This document shows, piece by piece, positions 27,901-40,133 of a stretch of 64,000 nucleotides of DNA. The notes under the pieces are model-generated. The model did no database searches and had not been told where the DNA came from. It worked only from the letters and a program-made list of their open reading frames with translations. Positions within the stretch are counted from its first letter, which is position 1, and each line of letters begins with the position of its first letter. Source of the stretch: Stylophora pistillata (taxonomy: Eukaryota); contig NW_019218057.1 in the NCBI RefSeq assembly GCF_002571385.2, positions 199,166 through 263,165 of the forward strand, given 5' to 3'. The translations under genes and the position numbers were made by a program.

Positions 27901-30900
27901 AACATTAAGGAACCGCTGAAACGTATACATATTCAGTCTTGGCTGACGAAAGAACAATGTTTTCAGTTTTTAAGGCTCAATTTTTTTTTATTACATTTCC
28001 TTTTATAATATTTTTTCATTCAAATATCGTTATCAAAGCTCTGAACAAGGTTCGTTTTCATGGGGCCACCCCGTTCGTAGTTATCTACTCGAGTTCGCTG
28101 ACTTGTTCAATGGTAGCTACGATCCGTATTTTTCTGCGGGAGATCACTCTGATACTTCGCCTTTCAGCTTTTTCTTTTTTTTTTTTTTTTCATTTTTTCC
28201 TTAATTTCCTTGTTATTTCTGGATTAAATTTCTGCTGTATAACGCCATTATGAGCCTATTACACTACACTCCTAACCATACCACACAGAATTAATAACTT
28301 TACAAGCTCTACGTAAACTCTGATTATTGTTTGGAGTTACAATTCTATCCCAGCGTGTTTAGTCTCAGTTTCTCGCAACACGGGGCAGGTAAATCGTGCG
28401 AGAAAAGCGCGGTTCCTGAGACCTGTTTTTTTTTATATACATACAGGACGAGCAAGGTGTTGCAGCTTATAAAACAGTAGAACTAGATGATCATCTGGGG
28501 GGCGGCCCAGTACAATACAGAGAGGTACAGAAACCTTGATATCAACACTCAGTGTAGTCAGTGTTGCGTATAAATTCATTTTTGTTCGAGAGGTACTGAA
28601 AGTGTCTGTCACGGAGGCCGCGTCCACATACATAGTCTGAGCTTAGGAATTGTCAGATCGGAAGAGGTCAAGCTGGTCTTCCGCGGATTTACTATTATAA
28701 GCCAACTTAGTAAAGTTTAAATTTCAATGTTGCATCTTTTCACGAAAGCTGTGTTTTTAACATTTGTGTAAACCGTAAGGCTAAATCATTTTCGTTCTGA
28801 TTACCTCTAAAGGTTCAAGATCATGAATCAAGAAAATTTCTATCCTATTTTCCCAAGGGTATAAGGTAAGTTTACGATTGACCTGTCATCGAGGCAAATC
28901 CCAAAGCATTAGTTCTTTCCCTTTTAAGAAACAGTGCTTCATCAAAGGATGTTTGGAGTTCACAAAGGTATTAACAATTTTAAGTACCTAGCTAGGCCTC
29001 TGCCTCTCTAAGGAACTGCCGGCTCTGCCGACCACAATTAAGTCACGTGCATGAAAATTGCCTAAGTTTAAAGTTTCGAAGGAGAGTGAGGTTGGAAGCA
29101 TGGTGACGTCACGCTGAATGACAGGCTCTCTTCTTGACTGACAGATACCTGGAAGGAGGTGTAGATTCTGGTTTCAGGAAAGTACAGCGCGGTGTGTACG
29201 AGAAAAGACTCTTTCAGATCAAGGGAAAGAGAAACGTGCGAGTGTCACAGGTCAGGGATAGAAATGTCTTTGTTTCCACCCAATTTAACCCCTTTTATTG
29301 TTGGTTATCCCTGCTGGGTTTTCTAAGTGTGATTGTGCATGCGAAGCCCTATCAACATGAATATTTGGTTAACTGTAGACGTAGACAAAGGTTATCATAG
29401 CAATTAAAAGGGAAAGTCTAGAAAAAAGATTATTTTGGTGATCACTCGTTGAACTAAGAGAGAAGTAAATTGTTTTTTCGTCACGTTATTTAGTCATAGC
29501 CTTAAAGAGTCATTTCTGTGTCGTTAACGTCTTTTCCGGAGATGGATCTTAAAATAAATGTCTCTGTTGTTTACATTTTAAAACGTAGGTGGAGATGCAT
29601 TACACGTCATTAAATAAAGGAGATGTTTTTATTCTGGATGAAGGGATGACCATTCACTGCTGGAACGGATCACAATGCAGCAGAACAGATCGAATGAAGG
29701 TCACAATAGGAACAACCATTTTTTGTGCGTTCATGAAATTCACCTTCTTTGTTTTCATGCTGAATAATTAATAACCGCTAAATATTCATTTGCTTTTGTA
29801 AGGGAATTGAAGTAGCCAGACGCATAAGAGATGAGGAGAGAGGAGGAAAAGCCAAGCTTGTCATTATCGGTAAAATGCTAAAATGCACCACGCCTCCAGT
29901 TTTAATCAAATTGTATAAATCGTTAGTTATGTCGCCGCCAGAAAACGACGTCTTCAATTTGTGCTCATTTTTGTTGGAGAAGAACGTGAGGCCAACAAAA
30001 AGCCTAATATTTCTAACCTGAGCTTATGGCAATGTTCAAAGGAGACATTGATATTTCAAACCTCCTGTAAGGGTATTTTTTAACTGGTTTTACGCTCTGA
30101 TTTCCCAGATGAAAACAAAGATCACCGGGACGAAAACAACTTTTTCCAAGCCCTCGGGTCACGTGGTGAAATAAAAGAAGCTTCTGAAGGAGGCGATGAC
30201 GTAGCGTTTGAGAAGAACAGTCAGACAAGTGTCACATTGTACAGGTATCCTACCTTAAAACTTTTATTTCGATGATTTAAAAACAAGTTCGGATGAGGTG
30301 TCAAAAAACCTCTAAGCCAAGGAAGCGTACTAGCCCAACAGACTCAAATGGATTTGATAACATCTGAAAACAAGTAAGGCAAACTGACTCAAGCGCGGGA
30401 AAACACGGATGACGAAGTCTAGGGTCTAACTCTGATTGGCTGATAGGGTGGCGTGAATTCATCATCATCATCATCATCATCATCAATCCTTTTCATGCCT
30501 CGTGGCACATAGGGCCTTCGCAGAGCTTTTCCACTCCTCTCAATTGGTTGCTGCGGTCCGCACCCCCTCCCATGACCTCCAGTCTGCCTCTTGCCTTTCT
30601 TTCTCTACTGTACGTCTCCAAGTGGTTTTCGGTCTTCCCCTTCTCCTTTTACCCTCTGGCGCTCAGCTCATAGCAACACTGCAATCATCATTACGGTCTT
30701 TCTTAAGCATATGACCAATCATTTTCCATCTACGAGACATCACCTCCGCACTCAGTGGCTTCATGCCTGCCCTTTCCAGTAGCTCTTTGGTGCTGACATG
30801 GTCTTGCCATCGGATTCCGAGGATCCTTCGTAGGCACCTATTATGGGATACATTCATTGCTTTATCATCTCCTTTCTTCATCTTCCATGTCTCAGATCCA

Positions 30901-33900
30901 TAGAGTAACACTGGCACTACTAGAGTTTTATACAGCCTCAGTTTTGTTTTCCTCAAGATGTTATTAGAGATCCAGATCTTCTTTAATTTGTTAAAGACAC
31001 CTCTGGCTTTTGATAACCTGTTCTTCAAGTCCTTTATACCACCACCCTCTGTACAAACTTTGGCCCCCAAGTACACGAACTCATCGACATCTTCAATATC
31101 CTGTCTATTGATTATGATCTTTTCTTGGTTCTTTCCATTGATCCTCAAGGCTTTTGTCTCTTCTTTGTTGATTTTGAGTCCCACCCATTCATCCAGCCTT
31201 GTTGTTTTATCCTGAATCTGCTGCTTGGTAGACGAGAGCAGGACTATATCGTCCGCAAAGTCCAAGTCGTCCAGTTTTGAAGTAAACTTTCATCTAATAT
31301 CATTTTCACCACTACCAACTGCTCTTCGCATTACCCAATCCAGAACAATCAAGAACAAAAATCCCGACATATTACATCGTTGTTTTACACCAGTTTTAGT
31401 GTCAAACCACTCACATGTTTCCCCATGTGCTATAGCACACTTGAAGTCGTCATAAAATACGCTTACCACTTTCACGATCTTCTCCGGAATTCCATACTTG
31501 GCCACTATTACCCACAGAAGCAAAGACGAAATCACAAAGCGCAGATACGAAATACAAATTTAATCCTGGATTATTTTAACTACACTCAATTGAAATATTA
31601 ACCATGTTTCTTTGCAGGGTTTCTGATGAACGCGGAACACTGGAGATGTCAACGGTCAATGAAATGCCTCTCAAAAAAGAACATCTCGACCCAAACGTGA
31701 GTCTGAATAGGGTTGCATGGACGACCCGTTTTCATTCTGTATGTTTTAAAAAAATAGAATCACAGCAGCTTTTGACGACATTCCTTTACAAGGCTTCTCC
31801 CCTCACACGATTAGATTTCACGATCAATTGCCTTTCCTCAACTCAAAACATTCATTATATTTGCGAGCTATTCAACTTGATAGCTTAATTTCTCTTGAGT
31901 TAAATTTCTGTTGCTTAGTTCTTACGCTAAACTGTTCTTCAGTTTTCCACATCCGATATTTTCTCCAGGATTGCTTCATCCTGGACTGCGGCAGTAGCGG
32001 AATATTCGTGTGGATCGGGAAGAAATGTACAGATGACGAAAAGAAGGGAGGGATGAAATTTGGAATGGTAATATCATGCACACTCAATTCATGTTACAAA
32101 TTTTTATTTGCTGTTGTTCAGTTGGACTGTGAAGCTGTGGCCGCTTTGTAACCGCCTCTTCTCTTTAATAGGATTTTATCAGCAAGAAGGGCTATCCCCA
32201 GTGGACACAGGTCACCCGTGTGGTGGAGGGTGGGGAGACACCGATCTTTAAACAGTTTTTTTCAGGATGGAGGGATGAGGGCGAACAAGTGGGACTGGGA
32301 AAGGTGTTCAGACAAGGATCCTTGGGTAAGTTTGCCTGTTAAACTGGTTAAACAGGATAGATTAAAGACTTAACCGAAAATCAAAATTTGAAACTTCTTC
32401 CAAGTTTGAAAGATCTTACAATTAACTGGCACATTTGTGAGAATAGATGAAAAACGTCAACAGGTGCCTGATTTCTTTTTCGTTCAAAGAACATTTCTCC
32501 AGAACATTGTGTGCAAAGCAGACGACAGTATTATGACGGGTTTTTTCTAACGCAAACTGCTCACTTTATCTCTCAGCCAAACAGAGCAATGACAAGTTTG
32601 ACGCTTCACAGCTGCATGACAGAGAAAGACCGAAACACAAAACGGAAATCCTTCCTGATGATGCAACAGGAGATGTAGAGGTGCGATGAAGACATTAATT
32701 AACTTGATTCATTTTGTTTGATTGATTTTTGTGTAACATGTGCCGCGTTGGTGTGTCTGCCGATTTCAAATGAATAATGGCTGATAGTTTCTAAAGAAAC
32801 TGTTTGGGGCTGCGTCGGTGGGGGTAACGAAATAATTTGAATATATCAACAAAGTTGAAATGGTAAATTGGCCACCGTTATGATTATAAAAGCTGACATT
32901 TGGAGCGTTAGCCCTTCGTCATTCGCTCCGATGAAGGGCTAACGCTCGAAACGTCAGCTTTTATAATCGTAACGGTGGCCAATTTACCATTTCAACTTTG
33001 TTGATATATTCAAATTATTCTGCTGATTTCAGTTTAAAACATAACTTGAGTCTAATATTGATTCTTCACATGTTGATACTTTGAGGTAAAGAATTTAACT
33101 GGTCACACAAAAAAATGCTCCAGTTAATAATGGTCCACTATCAATCCACTTACCCTTTTTTCCAGATCTGGCGTGTTGAAGACCGTGACCTGGTTTCCTG
33201 GGAGCCTAACTTGCACGGAGTATTCTTCAGCGGCGATTCTTACGTTATCAAATATAGCTTCACTGCTAACTGGAGGAGGCAAATAATAATCTATTTTTGG
33301 CAGGTATCAATCAAATCTAAATTGAATATGTATTGGTGTGTTTTTTTTTATGGCATCCTAGAAATTAGGTTAAGAGTTGACAGCCAATCGGTTCACAGCG
33401 GAATTTAAATGTAGTGAAAGTGTGAAATTGAAAGAGAATGATTCGATACCTTAATAGCAGCATAGGCTGAATTGCTAAGGTCTAAAGTGTTACTAAGGTT
33501 GAGATCGGACGTCAGCAGTATCAGGCGCCTCTGGCAGTCGCTTTAGACCGTGTAACGACCTCACCTTTTCCCCCCACACATCCCACCCCAGGGGAAGATA
33601 TCCATCACATAGTAATCTCGTGCGTGGGAATTAACGTCTCCTACCCCTAACCCTGCAGGAGACGGGACCTCCATTTATTTGTCCTTATCTGAGAAGACTA
33701 GAATATCTATCCATTTCATTGATGTTATAGAAAGGTAGCAAATTCTCCTCAGTTATTTTAAGACCATGAGTATTGGTCCGGCCGCGATTCGAACCCTCAA
33801 CCTCCTGCACATCACAATCCGCGTTCTAACCAATTGAGCTAACCAGGAGGCGGTTAACATACTGTTAAAAGCAGAAACCAACAAGAGTTTTTCTCAACTG

Positions 33901-36900
33901 TCTTCTGCCAGGGAGCGAGAAGCAGCCTAGATGAGAGAGCAGCATCAGCCATGTTAGCTGATCAAATGGACAAAAATCTCGGTGGAATAGCAACACAGGT
34001 AATATTTTTTTTTTAATTTTTTTTTTTTTTAAGAAGAGCCCATTTATGAGGTTCTGGACTACTTACCTTCACGAGGTAAGCACCCATTTAAACAAAAGAA
34101 AGCGTTTTCATATGAAAATAGTTCGATTCCCACCAGGTATTTCCGCAATTTTTATTGTCTTTGGTCATGTAAAATCTGTCCAGTATGAAACAGTCACTTC
34201 AAGCCCTTGGTAAGAAAACTTGAGCTTTAAGTCGAAGTGAGGAACAGTAGGGAGGAGGCAGGAATCGCAGATACGACAGATACCAAAACTTTTGGCTTGT
34301 TGCTTTTAGATCAGAGTTGTCCAGAATAAAGAACCGGAACACTTTTTGAGAATGTTTCGTGGACGCTTCATTATTCTGGAGGTTGGTATTCGTCGAGATA
34401 CTGTGGACTTCTGGTAAATTTATGCATAATATCATTTCGCCGAGATTGTTTCATCGATCTTAATGTTGTAATTTACTTAACCTATCGTCTCTCGAAGTGA
34501 ACTATAAACTGGTGTTAGTGATCGTTTATTTTCTCGCACATGATTTCTAGGGCGGCAAAGGAGCAGGTTACCGCGCTGGGTCAGAGGAGGATACGTACGA
34601 CAGTGAAGGCAAAAGAATGTTTCACGTTCGTGGTTCGTCGGACATGAACGCCAAGGCGATGCAGGTTTATGCTTTAGTGGAGTGATTCGTAAGATCTGTC
34701 AGCAGGTGTGGCTTACGGGTATTCCTGTGGCCAGTTTATTTTAAATCTTACTATCTCCTTTCTGTCAATTTAAATACTTTACTGTAAAATTTATCGTGTT
34801 CGTTGGTATCTACAGGTGCCTCGGAGAGCAGCTTCGTTAAATTCTGGAGACATGTTTGTATTGGAGACTCCATACATAGCCTATTTGTGGAGAGGAAAGG
34901 TGATAACTTACATTTGTTACATCTACTGTCTCCAGGAGACCGTCTTACAGTCTAATAGTTATCATTTCGATTAACACCACCGTAACAGATAGCAAGCTTC
35001 AAGGCTGAATAATAGTTTCCCCGTTTACTCCTAAAAAAAAAGTTAAAAAATCACTCGCCCGCGGACATTAAAATATTGACCTGACATCAAAATATGTAGT
35101 CACATCTCTTTAAACTAATAAGCTGAAATAGCCCCGACACTTAATTTGACTGGTCGAATACAGTTCTTCTTTGGAATACCCTAATCTCAGAGGATCTGAC
35201 TACACCGTCATATAAAAAACATCATATGTCAATTTTCTGTTTTGGTTGACTTATTTAACAGGGGGCATGTGCAGCCGAAAGGAGAAATGCAAGACAGCTT
35301 ATTGATTACTTGATGGTTGGCAGGTGAGAAAACTAATTGGCTGTTAAGCTCGACATTTGATAGGCTGGAAGAAGAAGCCATTCAGGATTGAAAAGTAGTG
35401 ACTGTTTCGCTTCCTTTCTTACCTTTTTCGCGGCCAGATATTCTAAAGAATACGATACTTTAAGTTTTTCGGGTCCTATTCTAGATTTAGCTTTTGTTTC
35501 TATCTTTAGAGAGGTAGAGCCCATTCGGGAAGGGAAAGAACCGAAGGCATTCTGGGAAGCTATTGGGGGATATGAAGATTACGCAACAGGAAAACGTATG
35601 GAGGTAACAGAAATTTATCAACAGTGTAAAGGCATTTTTCTTATACCTCTTCTTGGGTGTAGTACTTTTAGGTAGCAGTGGAATGTTACATGATTTGTTT
35701 GTTTATAATGGTAATTGAACTGAGTGGAGTGCAATTTGGGTTGAAATCATACGCGTGATTTCAAAATTTAACAGGCGCGCAGTGCGAGTTCGATTTGAAA
35801 TCACGAGTATGATACCAGGCCAAAATTGCGCGACACGAAGTTCAATTACCACTTTATTACATCCATTTTGAAATCGCCCAAATATAGGACTTGGTCAATT
35901 CAAATATTTTATTGATGCAGTATTGAGCCGGTTTCTAAATAAAAAGCGGAACCGGAAACGCTTTAACATCTTATTTTGTATGCAAAACAAGGCTGACGTC
36001 ATGTGTCAAAAACTCAGTCAAGATTAAAATAATGCGATTTAGAGCAAAAAATGGTGCTATTCGTGAATAAATCGCACCAATTAGAGCCAATCAGATTACA
36101 GGGACCACCAGTGATTTCAAAATGGATGTAATAAAAAACAATATACTGCAGGCCAAAACTCAGCTGATTTAATTTTTTTTGCCTAATTCTTTTCAGGAAG
36201 AGAAACCCAGCTACCCACCGCGTTTATTTCAGTGTTCCAACGCCTCTGGAGCATTCAGAGTGGAAGAAATATTTGAATTTTGTCAAGAGGTTAAAGAAAC
36301 CTTTCCATGAGTTTAGAACTCGTTCCAGTTTGTCTCGTGCGAGTTTTGCAATTGTTAATTATTAAATCATTCTTGTAGGACCTGGTTGAGGATGACGTCA
36401 TGTTCCTAGACACGTATGATGAGGTACAATCAACTTTTATTATCCTTATGAAAATTATAATTATTTATCTGAGGAGCGTTGTGCTCTTGTGGAGACGTTG
36501 CGGTTGGAATTGAAATTGAGCGGTCAGAGTTTTGATCCGAAGCCGAGGTTACTGATGGTACTTTTTTTTTTTCATTTTTTTTTTTTTTTATTCATTCATT
36601 TTTGGGAGGGGGTGGGGGTGGGGGAACGACGGACTGATTTAATCCCCTTCCTCCCCCGCCTGTACTTTTCCAACTTTCTATCGAGGGAAAACAGTTCAGC
36701 GAATACCACGTGATGTCCTCGACTAAGATGGGAAGAGACGATGTAGGCATTGGTCTGTGGCAGGTTCACCATTGAATAGAAAAAGAAAGAAAGAAAGAAA
36801 ATCATTCAGTGACGCTGATTGATTAAAAATATAATTTATGATGTTCAGACAGGATGGAAGTATTCAATGCAGTTCTTCCCTTTCTTCAGGTGTTTGTGTG

Positions 36901-39086
36901 GATAGGAGAAGGAGCAAACGAAGTTGAAAAAGCTGAAGCTGTCACCGTAGCTATGGTAACATATAATGGCTTGATCCTTGCTGTCAAAAACAATCTTGAA
37001 GATTACAGAAAATGCGAAATGTTCTCCATAATCGATGTATAAATTATAATTTGTCATCATTATCGTTTCACAGTGTGGTCGCGATCTTATTCTTAATTGA
37101 TTTGTGATCATGAATATGATCCCGTGCTCCTGACTTTAAAGGTCTTCATTATCATTATCGTTACAAACATAATTTCAGGGGAGCAACTATAAAAAAGAAA
37201 GATGGCAAAATTTGAGCTAGGTTAGGAAACGAGGATATAATTATTCGTCTTGTCGCGAACGTGGAATAAAGATACAACTCTGTATTCCTGTGAAGAATCG
37301 AACCACAGACCCTCGGATTCGCCGCCCTAAATCTCTACCACCGCGTCACGGAGAATTCTATCGTGAGCTGGGCCATTACAAGGTTAATCAAAACTCTAAC
37401 AAAAATTATCGAATGTGATTAGTTATCACCAGCCCGGTCTGAGCACTAACAGGACATTTGTCTCTTCATGTCGAACGAAGTTGTGCACGCGCATTTGTCG
37501 CACATCTCGCGGAGTTAATGTTTTTTTTTTTTTTTTTCTATGAAAACGAACAAACAATGTCTAACTTCTTTCTCAAATTTTGTCACAGTTCTTATTGACT
37601 GGTGACAGGACTTACTCGTGATTAACAAATCGGACTCCTACTAAGCGGTCGCCCGAATTTGTTAATAGACTTCACTCGGTCCTATTACCATGAATAATAT
37701 CAGACACTCGTCCTACCTACTGCTACAATAACAAAGATGCCTAAACTTTAAGGTCGGTAATTTTCGTGACCTTAATTGTCTTTATTCTTCCGATCTTTTA
37801 TTCCACGAAAGGTTGCTATGTACTTTGTCAGGGATATTTTAAAGAATTTCCCCCCTTGCTAATCGAATACCATCGCAAACTGTCGAAAAGGAAAGTAGAA
37901 TAATATTTTTTCTTTTAAAGGATTACGTAAGATCCGATCCGTCTGGACGGACATTGGAGGATACAATAATAATTCAAGTGAAACAAGGATACGAACCTCT
38001 GAATTTCACTGGTCACTTTCAGGCCTGGGACCGAGACAAATGGAGCGTAAGTTTAAATCTAAACATTACCTCGTTTTCAAAATCTTGACTCCTTCGACTT
38101 ACCGGTTTGATGGCAGAGTCGAGAAGAAAACATGTGAACGTTAGCTCATGGGAATTACATTTAAGAATTTTAAATCTTGGTCTAATTTGCCAGAAACTAG
38201 ACAGTCTTCGTCGTACAAGAAACACTAATCAACCAAAACATTTCTTTGAAACTGCTGCTTTTAATTCACCTGTTCTAATTGTCTACTTTCAGAAAGGAAA
38301 GACCTACGAAGAATTAAAGAAAGAAATGGGAGAGGATGGTATCAGAAAAGTCTCCGAAATACGAATTACTCCTCAGGTCTGTGAGAAATGACAACATTTC
38401 ACAAAGCTTCCTTCTTTCGCCTCTTTCCAAAAGAGGTTTATTTACTTGTTTCCCTCTTTGGAAAACGCATGTAAAACACTGTGCAAATTTTGAATTGTTG
38501 TATGTAGAGTGTGAAAACCATGAATAACCACAACCACAGTGACGTCACCGACGGTGGTACATTTAGCTACGAAGCTCTGGCCAAGCCATATCATCTCCTG
38601 CCAGCAGGCATCGATAAAACAAGGAGAGAGGTACATTATTTTTTTATTCCCTTGGATAAAACAAAAACAGAACACTTGAGCAGAGTCGATTTTTAGACGT
38701 GGACGTCGACCGAAAGAAGAATAAAACTAATTCTGCCGCGCTTTGACGTGAATGAATCGACTTAAGCAATTTAAACCAAATTCTGCTGACCAAAAGGTGT
38801 AGTGAGCACTATGAATGAGAACTTTTAATTTCTGGTTGCTGCCCACGTCTCAAAAATGTTTGTGTCTAAGCTCCCTAAGAGTTGCGCCACCTGCCACAGG
38901 ATAAATTCTCTTCAGGAAAAAGGTATCTCTCATGACTTAAGCGTAATATCGTCATAATTTCTCCTATTGCAGCACTACCTGTCAAATGAAGAGTTCTTCT
39001 CGGTATTTGATATGGAGAGGACAGAGTTTGATTCTCTACCTAGATGGAAACAGGTGCAGCTAAAGAAAGAAAAAGGATTGTTTTGA
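24975..39086 (+). CDS. Villin/advillin-like actin-binding protein (6 gelsolin domains + headpiece), about 26-27 exons
   Basis: [67 protein letters not shown]; headpiece ends [16 protein letters not shown]; exons join in frame. Confidence 0.95.
27201..27518 (-). mobile_element. Palindromic interspersed repeat (copy 3 of 3, one hairpin arm deleted)
   Basis: Matches 20826-21210 but jumps from CTTCTTGAGT to AATAACATAACATTG. Confidence 0.8.
30460..31503 (-). mobile_element. 5'-truncated RTE-clade LINE, RT C-terminal half, in villin intron
   Basis: YGIPEKIV...GVKQ...[10 protein letters not shown]...YLG...LLYGSETW, in-frame stop at about 31290, (ATG)n 3' tail. Confidence 0.9.
32769..33018 (-). mobile_element. 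Penelope-type fold-back insert with hammerhead-like motif
   Basis: ~90-bp inverted arms; motif CCGATGAAGGGCTAACGCTCGAAACGTC at 32928-32955; 13-bp TSD TCTGC(C/T)GATTTCA at 32756-32768 and 33019-33031. Confidence 0.7.
33415..33854 (-). mobile_element. tRNA-derived SINE (same head and body as 16-385, different tail)
   Basis: Reverse-complement match to 16-285; 3' boundary approximate. Confidence 0.75.
35707..36134. repeat. Interspersed repeat with internal palindromes
   Basis: TGGTAATTGAACT...AGTTCAATTACCA hairpin, then TTTATTACATCCATTTTGAAATC...GATTTCAAAATGGATGTAATAAA inverted pair. Confidence 0.65.
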
Positions 39087-40133
39087 TATCAGATGTTATT
39101 GTGTTAGTTATCTAGAAAATAACTTGACAGGCATTCTTTTCGTTATTATCAATAAGAGATGGTCTTGTGTCTGAGTGGTACAAATCGAATAAGTCAAAGA
39201 ATACGTGAAGACGGTTTTATGGAATTGTTCACGCCACTTTGTTAAATGCATTTTCACAATCATGGAACATTAAAAAAGGAGTGAAGTTTCCATATTTTGT
39301 ATGTCAGTGAACAATGAGAAAACGCTGTTTCTTTTTCTTTATAGGCGTTTACTTAGTAGTATTACCCTCTTAAACCATTTATGGATTTATGGATCATTTT
39401 TCATAAGAGTAACTATAAGTCTTTGTTTTGTCAACTACATAAGTCTCAAAATATCCTAGTTATACATGTATTTTAAAGTTCAACCACAAAAGGAGTCAGA
39501 CAACGGTAAGAAAAAGAATCAAGTGTCAAGTAAAATTTTTATTTCAGGAACCGCGGTTTTATTCATTTACTGCAGGAGCGTTGAACACCAGAGTTTATAA
39601 ACTACAGTAGCTATATCGTGGAGTAGAAAAAACGTGTTTATTACGGACCGAATGAGCTTGAACAACTTGAACAATAGAATACCCAAGTTTGCTTTAGACC
39701 AAAACTTGTCTCCCTTATCAAAGAATAACTATATCAGCTCCCGCCATCGCTTTTTTAGTTTATATTTAGTTTTCTTAATAATTTTTAGCAGATTCTGAAG
39801 GATGATTAAGCCGGATAAACTACAGCTTCGTTATAATAAATTTGAGTGATTTACATGACAGTTGTAAGCGTCTCGTTGCTCTGTGCGACTTTTCTGAAAA
39901 ATACGGCTGTAGCAAATTAACATCGGTTTGCGTATACTAAAAAACTGCATGAAAAGCAAAAGCAGTCGAGCAGTGATTTTCGCAGCATCACTCAGTTTAT
40001 TTGCTTCTTCTAATTGGCTTTATCTTTTTGTTTTCCAAACCGAGTAACCGATAATCACAATGCTGAAGTCTTCGCACCAGGTTTATCATCTGTGCTGCAG
40101 AATACATAGCATATAATGGAAAAGAAAGAATTT

